This document shows, piece by piece, positions 36,190-46,297 of a stretch of DNA of 49,995 bases (position 1 is the stretch's first letter; every line of letters begins with the position of its first letter). This stretch comes from Opitutia bacterium. GTDB lineage: Bacteria; Verrucomicrobiota; Verrucomicrobiia; Opitutales; UBA953. The stretch lies in assembly GCA_037138415.1 (NCBI GenBank), contig JBAXIK010000001.1, forward strand, positions 1 through 49,995, given 5' to 3'. The notes beneath the pieces are model-generated. The model was not told the origin of the DNA, ran no database searches, and saw nothing but the letters and a program-made list of their open reading frames with translations. A program made the translations under genes and the position numbers.

Positions 36190-37731
36190 ATGACACGTCC
36201 CTTTTACATCACTACCGCGATTGATTATGCCAATGGTGCACCTCACCTTGGGCATGCCTACGAGAAGGTTTTAGCTGATGTTATTTCCCGACACCAAAGA
36301 ATGTCGGGATACCAAGTACATTTTCTTACCGGACTGGATGAACACGGCCAAAAGGTTCAGCAGACCGCACAGAAGCGTGAAGTGAATCCTCAGGCATTTG
36401 TTGATGAAATCGCCGAAATCTTTAAAACAATGCTCAAATCGTTGAATGTTTCCAACGACGACTATATTCGTACTACTGAGTCCCGCCACAAGTTAGTAGT
36501 TCAAAGTTTTCTGCAGAAACTCTACGACCAAGGTTTAATTTATTTAGGCAAAAAGACCGATTGGTATTCTACTCGTCAGGAACAGTTTTTGACCGACAAG
36601 GATCGCGACGTGGATGGAAATTGGCCCGAGATTTATGGTGAGGTAACGCAAACTACTGAGGAAAATTATTACTTTAAGTTATCACAGTACCAACCCTGGC
36701 TGATTGAGCATATTAAAAGTCACCCCGATTTCATAAACCCTTCTTTCCGTGCTAAACAGGTTCTTGAATTTCTCAAAGAGCCTTTAAACGATTTATGTAT
36801 TTCGCGTCCCAAGTCTCGACTGACCTGGGGAATCGAACTACCCTTTGATAATCATTTCGTAACCTATGTTTGGTTTGATGCGCTGACCAATTATTATTCA
36901 GCAGTGGCGGATAAAAATCTCTGGCCTGCGGATGTTCATGTTATCGGTAAAGACATTTTATCACCTCCGCATGCGGTTTATTGGCCATGTATGCTCAAGG
37001 CACTGAATATTGATCCACCCAAGCAGCTTCTGGTGCACGGTTGGTGGACGGTAGATAGCAAGAAGGCCTCCAAGAGTGAAGGAAATGCCAACGACACCTT
37101 AAATTTAATCCAATCGCATGGCGCTGATGCCTTCCGCTATTATTTATGCCGAGAGATGGTCGTCGGACAAGATGCGGACTTCTCACACAAGACCTTCGGT
37201 GACCGCTACAAAGCTGACTTAGCTAATAATCTCGGAAACCTGGTGAACCGTCTGCTTAACATGGTGGGCCGAAATTATGCAGGCAGCATTCCTGCTCCGA
37301 GCGCTGATGAAGACTTAGAGAAGTCGTTGCGCGATTTGTGGTCAGTCACGCAGAAAAAGTATTTTGATTCTTTTGCAAGTTATCAAATCAGCCACGCGCT
37401 TGAATCGCTCTGGGTATTTGTCAGTGCGATGAATGCTTTTATTGAAACCCGGGCACCGTGGAAATTAGCGAAGTCGACTGACCCTCAAGACAAGGCCCGC
37501 CTTGACTCGTGTCTGGCTTATGTGGCGGAAGGTCTGCGATTAGTAGGAACTGTTTTATTACCCATTATGCCCGAGTCTGCTGCTAAACTTCTCGTAAATA
37601 TCGGTCAGCCAGTACCCACTCATTTCGAGGGACAACTTAACTGGTCGACCGTTTGCACGGGTAAAAAGGTGTCAGAAAAATGCATACTTTTCCCGCAAAA
37701 CGATGATTCTGCGCCAGGAGTGAAGGCATAG
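36190..37731 (+). CDS. metG: Methionine--tRNA ligase (short form without a C-terminal tRNA-binding appendix)
   Basis: The HIGH motif is HLGHAYE, a KMSKS-type loop reads KASKSEGN, and an anticodon-binding helical domain is present. Length is 513 aa. Confidence 0.92.
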   Translation: MTRPFYITTAIDYANGAPHLGHAYEKVLADVISRHQRMSGYQVHFLTGLDEHGQKVQQTAQKREVNPQAFVDEIAEIFKTMLKSLNVSNDDYIRTTESRHKLVVQSFLQKLYDQGLIYLGKKTDWYSTRQEQFLTDKDRDVDGNWPEIYGEVTQTTEENYYFKLSQYQPWLIEHIKSHPDFINPSFRAKQVLEFLKEPLNDLCISRPKSRLTWGIELPFDNHFVTYVWFDALTNYYSAVADKNLWPADVHVIGKDILSPPHAVYWPCMLKALNIDPPKQLLVHGWWTVDSKKASKSEGNANDTLNLIQSHGADAFRYYLCREMVVGQDADFSHKTFGDRYKADLANNLGNLVNRLLNMVGRNYAGSIPAPSADEDLEKSLRDLWSVTQKKYFDSFASYQISHALESLWVFVSAMNAFIETRAPWKLAKSTDPQDKARLDSCLAYVAEGLRLVGTVLLPIMPESAAKLLVNIGQPVPTHFEGQLNWSTVCTGKKVSEKCILFPQNDDSAPGVKA

Positions 37732-37758
37732 TTAGACAATTCGATTTTACTCTCTACT

Positions 37759-39108
37759 GTGAACGAGGTGGTTAATCCAACTTCCAGTGAATTAAGTAAT
37801 CCCCTGCTCGCTGCAGAAAAAGCATCGGCGGGCATGGGTTATGTATCACTTACATTTCAAGTCTCGGAATTGGATCCCTTGGCGGTATTAGAAACGCTTA
37901 ATGTATCTGGTCCGCGAAGTTATTTTGAAAACCCTTCCCTGCACCAAGCCCATGCTACTGGTTCGCCTTTAGTTGAATGGAAAGGTCGCGGAAAAAATCG
38001 ATTCAACGAAGCGGATGCTTGGTTAAGAAATCTTAATTCCACTATTCAATCCATCGGTGGCCTACCCCGCGTGATTGCCAGCTTTCCTTTTTATCCAGGT
38101 GGTGATGAAAATGATTTAGATTCGCATTTATTTTTACCGACTTGGCAGGTGGTGACGGATACCGGTGTGACGACTATTACGCTTTGCGAAAAAGCCACTC
38201 CAGGATGTGCCGATAAATTATTAAAACAAGTGGAGCAGTTCCGCGGGTTTATCTATCAAGCCCATCCCCAGCCTGTTCATCAGTCTTCGGCTACGGTTTT
38301 AAGCGAAGTCGGCGGCGCCTGGTTTCCCTCAGCGGTTAAGCGTGCAACTGAACTGATTAAAGAAGGTGCCTTCGAGAAGATTGTCTTAACACGGGCTTTT
38401 GATTGGAGAAAAACTGAGAATTTTAATGTGTTCGGCACCCTTCATCGCCTCCGTCGGGCGAATCCGAACTGTAATATTTTCCTTATTAATGAAGCTGAAG
38501 CATCTATGGTTGGGGCGTCTCCGGAGACTTTAATTGCCTTATCGGATTCGAATCTGAAGACCGAAGCGGTAGCGGGTACAACGCGTCGGGGCGATTCAGC
38601 ATCCGAAGATGCAAGTTTAGCCAAAGCACTTTTAGCGAGTGATAAGGATCAAAGAGAGCATAGCGCAGTGACGGCATCCATTTTACGACGTTTGAAAATG
38701 GTCGGTGTCGTCGGTGCAGCCACGCAAACGCCAGAATTACTACGCTTAGGTAATGTCATGCACATTCGTACTCCCGTGATTGGTAAGTTATCGGCTGATC
38801 GCAGCTTTTTAGAGGTAGCGGGTGAATTACATCCCACACCGGCGGTCGGAGGTAAACCACGGGATTTAGCACTACCCTTTATCCCAGGCTTTGAACCACA
38901 TTTACGTGGACTTTACACCGGAGCAGTAGGTTGGATTCAGTCCGACGGCAAAAAAGGAAATCTCTATGTGGCGCTTCGTTGTGCACGTATTTTAGGTAAC
39001 ACCGCTCGCGTTTACGCCGGTGCAGGAATTGTAGCGGGGTCAGATCCCACGCTGGAGAGCGTCGAAACGGAGATGAAGTTAAAGACAATATTAGATTCTT
39101 TAATTTAA
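37759..39108 (+). CDS. menF: Isochorismate synthase (chorismate-binding enzyme, menaquinone-type)
   Basis: Chorismate-utilising motifs are present: LHPTPAVGG, YTGAVGW and YAGAGIVAGSDP. The start is uncertain: GTG at 37759 or ATG at 37834. Confidence 0.8.
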   Translation: MNEVVNPTSSELSNPLLAAEKASAGMGYVSLTFQVSELDPLAVLETLNVSGPRSYFENPSLHQAHATGSPLVEWKGRGKNRFNEADAWLRNLNSTIQSIGGLPRVIASFPFYPGGDENDLDSHLFLPTWQVVTDTGVTTITLCEKATPGCADKLLKQVEQFRGFIYQAHPQPVHQSSATVLSEVGGAWFPSAVKRATELIKEGAFEKIVLTRAFDWRKTENFNVFGTLHRLRRANPNCNIFLINEAEASMVGASPETLIALSDSNLKTEAVAGTTRRGDSASEDASLAKALLASDKDQREHSAVTASILRRLKMVGVVGAATQTPELLRLGNVMHIRTPVIGKLSADRSFLEVAGELHPTPAVGGKPRDLALPFIPGFEPHLRGLYTGAVGWIQSDGKKGNLYVALRCARILGNTARVYAGAGIVAGSDPTLESVETEMKLKTILDSLI

Positions 39109-39546
39109 ATGAAAATTATTGTTCAGCGTGTGCTGTCCGCCTCGGTAGCGGTAGATGATAAGACCGTTTCTGAAATAAAAAAAGGATACTTACTTTTAGT
39201 GGGTATTGGCGCAGCCGATACCACTGATGAGGTGCAAAGACTCGTGAGTATGATTATGAAAATGAGAATCTTTCCTGATGCAGAAGGTAAAATGCAGTAC
39301 TCGATATCTGAGGTCGGCGGAGAAATTTTAGTGGTCAGCCAATTCACCTTACTTGCTAATTTCGCGAAGGGAAATCGGCCTTCTTTTCATGATGCAGCGA
39401 AGCCAGAAGTGGCTAAGCCCTTATTCGAGGGCTTCGTGGAGGGCCTAAGAGCACAATGTGAATCGAAGATTTTAACCGGAGTTTTTGGTGCTGATATGCA
39501 AGTTTCGCTCTGTAATGATGGGCCAGTCACAATCATTCTGGAATAA
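39109..39546 (+). CDS. dtd: D-aminoacyl-tRNA deacylase
   Basis: Contains MKIIVQRV, SQFTL and NDGPVTI. Length is 145 aa. The ATG directly abuts the menF stop. Confidence 0.93.
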   Translation: MKIIVQRVLSASVAVDDKTVSEIKKGYLLLVGIGAADTTDEVQRLVSMIMKMRIFPDAEGKMQYSISEVGGEILVVSQFTLLANFAKGNRPSFHDAAKPEVAKPLFEGFVEGLRAQCESKILTGVFGADMQVSLCNDGPVTIILE

Positions 39547-39597
39547 TTATTTTGGATTTTCTTTGCTAGTTTGGTCATTATATCAAAGTTACTCGCT

Positions 39598-40356
39598 ATG
39601 CTTTCTGTGAGAATTATACCCTGTCTCGATGTCCATAATGGACGTGTCGTTAAAGGTATTAAATTTCAAGAATTGCGCGATGCCGGAGATCCCGTGGCTA
39701 TTGCTGCGGCCTATGAGGCCCAAGGTGCTGATGAATTAGTTTTTTTAGATATCACTGCGTCGAGTGATGGACGTAAGACGATTGTTGAAGTGGTTGAGCG
39801 GACGGCCGACCAAGTTTTCATGCCCTTAACTGTGGGGGGTGGATTACGAACGCTGGAAGATATTCGAACCATGCTTAATGCTGGTGCCGATAAGGTTTCT
39901 TTAAATACATCCGCCGTACAAAATCCCGATTTAATTTTACAGGCATCCAAGAAATTCGGGAGTCAATGTATCGTCGTTGCGATTGATGCTAAACGCGTCG
40001 GCAAGAATCATTGGGAAGTTTTTACGCATGGTGGTAGAAACTCTACCGGGATGGACGTACTCACTTGGGCCAAAAAAATCCAAGACTATGGTGCTGGAGA
40101 GATTCTATTAACCAGTATGGATGCGGATGGAACGGCTGCTGGGTATGATGTTCCTCTCTGTTTGCGTGTCGCAGAAATGGTAGAATTACCCGTGATTGCG
40201 TCGGGTGGTGCCGGTAAGTTAGAGCACCTTGCTGACGTCGTGCAGAATGGCCGTGCGAGTGCAGTTCTCGCGGCAAGTATTTTTCACTTCGGAACTTATA
40301 CCGTACGTCAGGCCAAAGAATATTTAAAGTCACAGGGGCTACCTGTACGTCTTTAA
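39598..40356 (+). CDS. hisF: Imidazole glycerol phosphate synthase cyclase subunit
   Basis: Contains [34 protein letters not shown] and ASGGAG. The ATG at 39598 gives the canonical N-terminus. Confidence 0.95.
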   Translation: MLSVRIIPCLDVHNGRVVKGIKFQELRDAGDPVAIAAAYEAQGADELVFLDITASSDGRKTIVEVVERTADQVFMPLTVGGGLRTLEDIRTMLNAGADKVSLNTSAVQNPDLILQASKKFGSQCIVVAIDAKRVGKNHWEVFTHGGRNSTGMDVLTWAKKIQDYGAGEILLTSMDADGTAAGYDVPLCLRVAEMVELPVIASGGAGKLEHLADVVQNGRASAVLAASIFHFGTYTVRQAKEYLKSQGLPVRL

Positions 40357-41657
40357 TTCTTAAGCTTAGGCATTACCAAGACTTTATCTAGTCGATGGCC
40401 GTCCATGTCCATCACTTCAAAAATATGTCCGAGGCATTCCACGCGATCGCCCTCGACGGGAATGCGTCCCAGTGTGCGCATAATAAATCCGGAAATGGTG
40501 GTGAAACGACGTGACCCTTCATCGGTGAATTTTCCTTTGATACCTGTAGCCTCTTTAAAGTCCTCGAGTGAAATCATGGCATCGATAATCCAGCTACCAT
40601 CTTCACGCTTACGCACTGGCTTGTTTTGATTGATGGCGGCACCCTCATTCGGAAGCTCGCCCATCACCGATTCTAGGACGTCATTTAATGTAACCACACC
40701 ACGTACTTGGCCAAATTCATCAACCACCAGTGTGAGGTGAATTTTATCTTTACGAAAACGGGCTAAGAGTTGCGTGCCCGTGATATTAAGATTCACCGTA
40801 GGAGCTTCGGTCAGCAGATCTTTGATTTCGGCGTTACCAACGAGTGATAAATTAGCCCATAAACGTTTGACGGAAACGACCCCGAGTGGTCGGTCAGCAG
40901 ACTCGCGAAAAACAGGAAACCAGGTGTGCCCAGAGGCGACAATCTTGCGCCAATTAATTTCTTCCGGGTCATTTAAATTTAACCAGACAACGCGACTACT
41001 GGGTGTCATTAATTGCTCGGCCGTAATTAAGTCTAAGGACAATGCACCATGCACCATTCGATGTTCTGAAGCGTGAAGTACGCCTGAGGCCATACCTTGG
41101 TCGACCATCATACGTAACTCATCCTCCGACATGGTATCCTCAGGTGTGCGTCGACGTCCAAACAGGAGTAGGACTAAATCTGCGCAACCACTTAAGAGCA
41201 TTACTAGAGGTGAAGCCAGAGTCGCGACCCAGGCCATCGGCCGTGCTAAAGCTGAGGCAATAGATTCAGGTTTAATTAACGCTAAACGTTTTGGAACAAT
41301 TTCTGCAAAAACGACCGTGATGGCGCCAATCAAAAAAGAAACCATCGCTTCAGCTAAAACTTGGCTATGTTCGCTCCCCCATTTCCACGAGAGTTGCGAT
41401 AGCCAAGGACTTAGTTTTTCGGCTAGAGGGTGTCCGCCATAAATCGCGGCCACGATTCCACCAAAGGTCATCCCAATCTGAACCGTTGAAAGGAATTTAT
41501 TTGGATCGGTAATTAAGGCTAGTGCTTTCTGGGCACCGGCATCTCCGTTTTCAGCTAATTTTGCCAAACGTCGACGGTTGGAAGATACCAACGCCATCTC
41601 TGCCATTACGAAAAAAGCCGTAATTAGGACGCAAATGCCGATGAGAATGTATTCCAC
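40353..41657 (-). CDS. CNNM/DUF21-CBS-CorC_HlyC family membrane protein (hemolysin-like; putative divalent cation efflux)
   Basis: It has an N-terminal 4-TM DUF21 region, a tandem CBS region, and a C-terminal CorC_HlyC-type domain ([19 protein letters not shown]). Confidence 0.82.
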   Translation of the reverse strand: MEYILIGICVLITAFFVMAEMALVSSNRRRLAKLAENGDAGAQKALALITDPNKFLSTVQIGMTFGGIVAAIYGGHPLAEKLSPWLSQLSWKWGSEHSQVLAEAMVSFLIGAITVVFAEIVPKRLALIKPESIASALARPMAWVATLASPLVMLLSGCADLVLLLFGRRRTPEDTMSEDELRMMVDQGMASGVLHASEHRMVHGALSLDLITAEQLMTPSSRVVWLNLNDPEEINWRKIVASGHTWFPVFRESADRPLGVVSVKRLWANLSLVGNAEIKDLLTEAPTVNLNITGTQLLARFRKDKIHLTLVVDEFGQVRGVVTLNDVLESVMGELPNEGAAINQNKPVRKREDGSWIIDAMISLEDFKEATGIKGKFTDEGSRRFTTISGFIMRTLGRIPVEGDRVECLGHIFEVMDMDGHRLDKVLVMPKLKN

Positions 41658-41737
41658 AGGGTCGATTAAATGAAGATTGTGACCAATTCGTCAAATCTCG
41701 CTTGTTGATAGTCGTGTAAACCGTAGATTTTCCACGA

Positions 41738-43348
41738 ATGGCCAAGCAATTCGACGCAATTATTATTGGTAGTGGCATTGGGGGGCTTAGTTTCGCCCTC
41801 AATTTAGCCCGCTATGGCCGTTCGGTTGCAGTGATAACTAAGAAGACGAGCAGTGAGTCCAACACCAATTGGGCTCAAGGTGGGATAGCCTGTGTGACCG
41901 ACAAGACGGATGACTTTATGAGTCACGTTAATGACACGCTCACGGCGGGCGATGGATTGTGCGAACTTAATGTCGTAAAACATATTATTGAATCGGGGCC
42001 AGCACGGGTTGCGGAATTAATTGAGTGGGGAGTGAAATTTGAAAATGGTGCTGATGGAAATCCTGACTTAGGTCGCGAAGGCGGACACTCCAAACGACGA
42101 ATTCTCCATGCCCGCGATATGACTGGTCGTGCAATTGAGTCGGCATTGATTCGTGCGGTGAACTTACAAAAGAATATCACGATTCTCGAACATCATTTAG
42201 CGATCGATTTAATTACCTTATCCAAAATTCAGAATTCTGTCGTGAACACTTTAGAAGATCGAGTAGTTGGAGTTCACGTTTTAAATACGAAACAAGGTAA
42301 GGTCGAAACTTTAGCGGCATCGGTAGTTGTTTTAGCAACCGGTGGAATTGGTCAGGTTTATCAATTCACGACGAATCCTGATATCGCTACGGGCGATGGT
42401 ATTGCCATGGCCTATCGTGCCGGAGCAGAAATTAGAGACATGGAAATGGTACAGTTCCACCCCACGGCATTAAAGTCGTCGGACGGCAGTCGTGCTCTTA
42501 TTTCTGAAGCCGTACGTGGTGAGGGCGCGATTTTAAGAGATATGAATGGCCGAGCATTCATGAAAGATTTCCATCCTTTGGGCGATTTAGCACCGCGCGA
42601 TGTGGTCGCTCGTGCCATCGACTCGGTTATGAAACGCGATGGTGCCCCTCATGTGTTGTTAGACATCACCCATGTTGCACCAGGACATTTACCCGAACGT
42701 TTTCCGCATATCTATGCTACCTGTCTCAAGGCGGGTTTTGATTTAACGAAAGATTACATTCCAGTGGTTCCTGCGGCACACTATCTTTGCGGTGGCGTCA
42801 CCACCGATCTGAGTGGTCGGACCACCTTGCCTGGTCTCTACGCGGTAGGCGAAGTAGCCAGCACCGGACTCCACGGTGCAAACCGATTGGCTTCTAACTC
42901 ACTACTCGAAGCGGTAGTATTAGCGCACGATGGGGCGGCAGCGGCGGATAATGATATTAAAAATAAAGTAGATAATAACTTTATTCTACCGGCATGGGTT
43001 GATGGTGCCTTAGGCGATCCTGATGAACGCGTGGTGTTAACTCACAATTGGGATGAACTCCGTCGCACGATGTGGGACTACGTGGGCATCGTACGGTCCA
43101 CCAAACGCTTAAAACGGGCACAAACACGTGTCCGTACACTGGGTGAAGAGGTTCGAGAATATTATTGGAACTTCAAAGTAGAACCGCGCTTACTTGAATT
43201 AAGAAATCTCATTCAAGTGGCGGAACTGATTATTGATTGCGCTTTGCAGCGCCATGAAAGCAGAGGTCTGCACTACACATTAGATTTTCCGACCCAAAGT
43301 AAGTCGCTTGTCCACTCGATGGTTCGTCGAAATTTAAATAGCCAATGA
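41738..43348 (+). CDS. nadB: L-aspartate oxidase
   Basis: FAD motif DAIIIGSGIGGLS, plus HYLCGGV, GANRLASNSLLE and RHESRGLHY. Confidence 0.93.
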   Translation: MAKQFDAIIIGSGIGGLSFALNLARYGRSVAVITKKTSSESNTNWAQGGIACVTDKTDDFMSHVNDTLTAGDGLCELNVVKHIIESGPARVAELIEWGVKFENGADGNPDLGREGGHSKRRILHARDMTGRAIESALIRAVNLQKNITILEHHLAIDLITLSKIQNSVVNTLEDRVVGVHVLNTKQGKVETLAASVVVLATGGIGQVYQFTTNPDIATGDGIAMAYRAGAEIRDMEMVQFHPTALKSSDGSRALISEAVRGEGAILRDMNGRAFMKDFHPLGDLAPRDVVARAIDSVMKRDGAPHVLLDITHVAPGHLPERFPHIYATCLKAGFDLTKDYIPVVPAAHYLCGGVTTDLSGRTTLPGLYAVGEVASTGLHGANRLASNSLLEAVVLAHDGAAAADNDIKNKVDNNFILPAWVDGALGDPDERVVLTHNWDELRRTMWDYVGIVRSTKRLKRAQTRVRTLGEEVREYYWNFKVEPRLLELRNLIQVAELIIDCALQRHESRGLHYTLDFPTQSKSLVHSMVRRNLNSQ

Positions 43349-44259
43349 AAATTGCGATTGTGGGAGCTGGAGCCGTGGGTGGATGGTACGGAGGCCTGTT
43401 AGCTCTCAAAAGTCATGAAGTCTATTTCGTCACCCAGCGAGATTATGACATCATCAATCAGAAGGGATTATGCATGCGCGACGCTCAGGGAGACAAGGTT
43501 GTTAAGATCAAGAAAGCCTATCCAGACTGCATGAACATCGGCGTATGTGATTTGATTATCATTGCTGCTAAATCGACCGCTAACTCCACCCTGCCCGATT
43601 TTATAAAATCATTAGTTGGTCCAAACACCCTCTTGCTTACTTTACAAAATGGTATGGGAAATTGTGAGACCTTTGCGTCGATTATTCCCGCTGAGAGAAT
43701 CGTCGCAGGCCTTTGCTTTGTGTGTATTAATCGTCTAAGCCCAGGGGTGGTTGAAAATACCCACTCGGGTTATGTTCGTATGGCTTCAGCTATAGGTTTG
43801 CCGAGCGAAGCGGTTAATCAATGTGTAGCATTGTTTTCTGATGCTGGGATTGACTGTCAGTCCGAACAGTCACTCAACGCTGTTCTATGGAAAAAGTTAT
43901 GTTGGAATATTCCGTTCAATGGTTTGGCCATCGCTGCCGGCGGAATCACGACCGACAAAATTATGGCTCATGATTTACTGCGCGAACGAGCGATTAAGCT
44001 GATGAAGGAAGTACAGGCTGCTGCGGACGCCTGTGGGGTTCCGTTCAGGGATGAGCATATCGAGCGACAGTTGAAAGTGACAACTGGGATGGGTGCTTAC
44101 CGACCTTCTAGTTTGATTGATTACTTAGAAGGCCGTGAGGTGGAAGTCGAAGGCCTTTGGGGTGAACCGCTTCGACGTGGGCAGGCCGCTGGCGTAAGCA
44201 TGCCCGAACTCGCTCGATTAAAAACCGAGATAGAACTCAAACTAAAGTCTAGAGCGTAA
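43345..44259 (+). CDS. panE: 2-dehydropantoate 2-reductase
   Basis: Contains KIAIVGAGAVGG, LQNGMG, the ApbA C-terminal domain WKKLCWNIPFNG, and SSLIDYLEGREVEVE. It has an ATGA overlap with nadB. Confidence 0.85.
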   Translation: MKIAIVGAGAVGGWYGGLLALKSHEVYFVTQRDYDIINQKGLCMRDAQGDKVVKIKKAYPDCMNIGVCDLIIIAAKSTANSTLPDFIKSLVGPNTLLLTLQNGMGNCETFASIIPAERIVAGLCFVCINRLSPGVVENTHSGYVRMASAIGLPSEAVNQCVALFSDAGIDCQSEQSLNAVLWKKLCWNIPFNGLAIAAGGITTDKIMAHDLLRERAIKLMKEVQAAADACGVPFRDEHIERQLKVTTGMGAYRPSSLIDYLEGREVEVEGLWGEPLRRGQAAGVSMPELARLKTEIELKLKSRA

Positions 44260-44260
44260 C

Positions 44261-44725
44261 TTACTTGGCGGCCGCTGTTACAACCGGCAATTCAGACAGA
44301 ACATTATCAACGGCAGTCGCAGTTTTAGCCACACTCCAGAAACTGACCGGTACGGCGGAACCAGAGTCAGACGAAAAAACCTTTTGTCCCTGCTTATTAA
44401 AGAGACTCATGGAAAGTGAGATGGAAACTTCCTCTCTGCGAATGCTGTTTCCGTTATTTGAAATATGCCAAGTACTGCGGAGGGTAGCGTCGGCATCAGT
44501 TTTAGTCTGAGTGACCGTGTAGCCTCGACTTCTTAGTTCCCCTTCGGCGGTTTCAACAACAGTGGAGTTAAATTGGATCACATTAGACGAATCCGAAGTC
44601 TGTGGAGATTCGACGTAAACTTTGGTGAAGTTGATTGATTTTTGTGCTCTCGGGCTCGAACTGCATCCAATAAAGGAAAATGCAATTGAAACTAAAACTA
44701 GGGGGGTAAACCTTGTGAAGTGCAT
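44261..44725 (-). CDS. Small putative lipoprotein, function unknown
   Basis: A signal peptide ends in the lipobox-like SFIGC. The mature part, about 130 aa, is Ser/Thr-rich. Confidence 0.6.
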   Translation of the reverse strand: MHFTRFTPLVLVSIAFSFIGCSSSPRAQKSINFTKVYVESPQTSDSSNVIQFNSTVVETAEGELRSRGYTVTQTKTDADATLRSTWHISNNGNSIRREEVSISLSMSLFNKQGQKVFSSDSGSAVPVSFWSVAKTATAVDNVLSELPVVTAAAK

Positions 44726-44846
44726 AAGTTGTGTATGACTGAGGCTGGAGATTTAACAAGTCGAGAGATAGGGTCAATTCATACAAATATTGAATATTAT
44801 TATAATTCTTTACCGAAAATACCCCAAAATTAAACTTTAGAGAGTC

Positions 44847-45902
44847 ATGCGTGCCCTAAAAGCCATCACCTTAGATCTAGTCGGAACCCTACTCACCCCC
44901 CACCCTTCGGTCGGTGCAGTCTATGCTGAGGCTGCTGCAAAATGCGGAGTGAGTATCCCTGTAAAAATTATCGATGAACAATTTCCCGCCGCGTTCAAAA
45001 GTGTTTCATCCAAACTAAAGGCCGAAGCATTTTGGAAAGAGGTCGTGGTCCGAACTCTGGGTGACAGTCTGCCCTATGAAAAAAGAGATGAAGTCGTTGA
45101 AAAATGTTGGACTGCCTTTGCCTCAGCTAAGTCTTGGCGACTCGCTCCAGGATCTATTAGTTCGCTCACTGCGCTAAGATTTTTAGGATTAAAGGTGTGT
45201 TTGCTTTCAAATACGGATGCCAGAATTCATCATGTTCTGAGAGAACTCGATCTACTTAAATTTATTGATGGAGTATTTTTAGCCGACGAAATCGGGTATC
45301 GAAAACCTGATGCAAGGGCTTTTCAACATGTGTCTCGCACGCTACAAATCCCCCTCAACCAACTCGCTCATATTGGTGATAATCCAGAGGAAGATGGTAT
45401 CGGTGCACGGGATGCAGGTGTTTTAGGTATAATCGTGGGTGGTCGGCATGCCCCTGAAAATTGCTTACGTGCTGAAAAATTGGAGGAAATTCCTTATGTC
45501 GTACGCGCCGTTTTAACGGAAGGTAAAAAGAAAGGACGCTTTTCCAGAAACGTTACCAATCTACTAGCGAATTTACGCGGCCTACCTGAAGACAAGGGTC
45601 GATCCACTTTTCGTAGCAGCGTATCCATCGATGATGCGGTGACACAGGCTTTTCGAAAGTTACGACTAGATAAACCAGTGCCCGAGGATGCCATTGTCGC
45701 ATCATGGAATAAATTATTACCCCTTAAGCTCTCCAGACGGTGCGCGCCATTAAGAGTCATCGAAGATGGCCGACTCATTATCCAATGTGAAAGTGCCGTG
45801 ATAAAATCCGAAGCGCGATTTTTCGAAAAAAGTTTATTACAAAAAATCCGAGAACTTCCAGGTTGTCGCCAAGTGAAGGCGATTTCTTGGGTTACTGCTT
45901 AG
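44847..45902 (+). CDS. Fusion protein: HAD-superfamily hydrolase (subfamily IA, REG-2/HDHD3-like) plus a C-terminal DUF721/DciA-like domain
   Basis: HAD motifs are ITLDLVGTL, LLSNTD, RKPD and GDNPEEDG. The last ~100 aa (ASWNKLLPLKLSRRCAPLRVIEDGRLIIQCESAVIKSEARFFEKSLLQKI) have the DUF721 pattern. It is a single uninterrupted ORF. Confidence 0.65.
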   Translation: MRALKAITLDLVGTLLTPHPSVGAVYAEAAAKCGVSIPVKIIDEQFPAAFKSVSSKLKAEAFWKEVVVRTLGDSLPYEKRDEVVEKCWTAFASAKSWRLAPGSISSLTALRFLGLKVCLLSNTDARIHHVLRELDLLKFIDGVFLADEIGYRKPDARAFQHVSRTLQIPLNQLAHIGDNPEEDGIGARDAGVLGIIVGGRHAPENCLRAEKLEEIPYVVRAVLTEGKKKGRFSRNVTNLLANLRGLPEDKGRSTFRSSVSIDDAVTQAFRKLRLDKPVPEDAIVASWNKLLPLKLSRRCAPLRVIEDGRLIIQCESAVIKSEARFFEKSLLQKIRELPGCRQVKAISWVTA

Positions 45903-46296
45903 GAAACTTTTCCTTCGGCTCAAACGGCTTAAGAAACGCATCCTTGAAGTCGTAGACATGAACGAAGTCTTCGATTTGATCGTCGGACGAACGTCCAAAA
46001 AGTCCAGTTTCTATTATGTTAAACACGATGTTACCCACATCGACACTTTTCTTGATACCCCAGTTATTTAACAAAGCAAAGGAGAGCGGTCCGTAGGTTT
46101 CTAAGGTATGAAGACGAAAGCCTTCTAAGAGTTCTTTGCCGGTAACATGCCGATTGGTTTTTCTACTACCCTTTTTTTCTTCGCCGTGAACTTGTTTTTG
46201 AGCGGCATCTAAAGCCATTCGCACGAGGTGATAAGACTGTGGACTGTAACGTGGGTCCTTTTCATGACAGAGTTTAATCGCTTCTTCGAAATTCAT
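45892..46296 (-). CDS. Small conserved hypothetical protein (I recall a Planctomycetes/Verrucomicrobia-restricted family named Minf_1886; unverified)
   Basis: A 134-aa ORF starting at the ATG at 46296, 1 nt after the hisC stop. Contains HVTGKELLEGFR...YGPLSFALLNNWGI. The family assignment is from memory only. Confidence 0.55.
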   Translation of the reverse strand: MNFEEAIKLCHEKDPRYSPQSYHLVRMALDAAQKQVHGEEKKGSRKTNRHVTGKELLEGFRLHTLETYGPLSFALLNNWGIKKSVDVGNIVFNIIETGLFGRSSDDQIEDFVHVYDFKDAFLKPFEPKEKFPKQ

Positions 46297-46297
46297 A

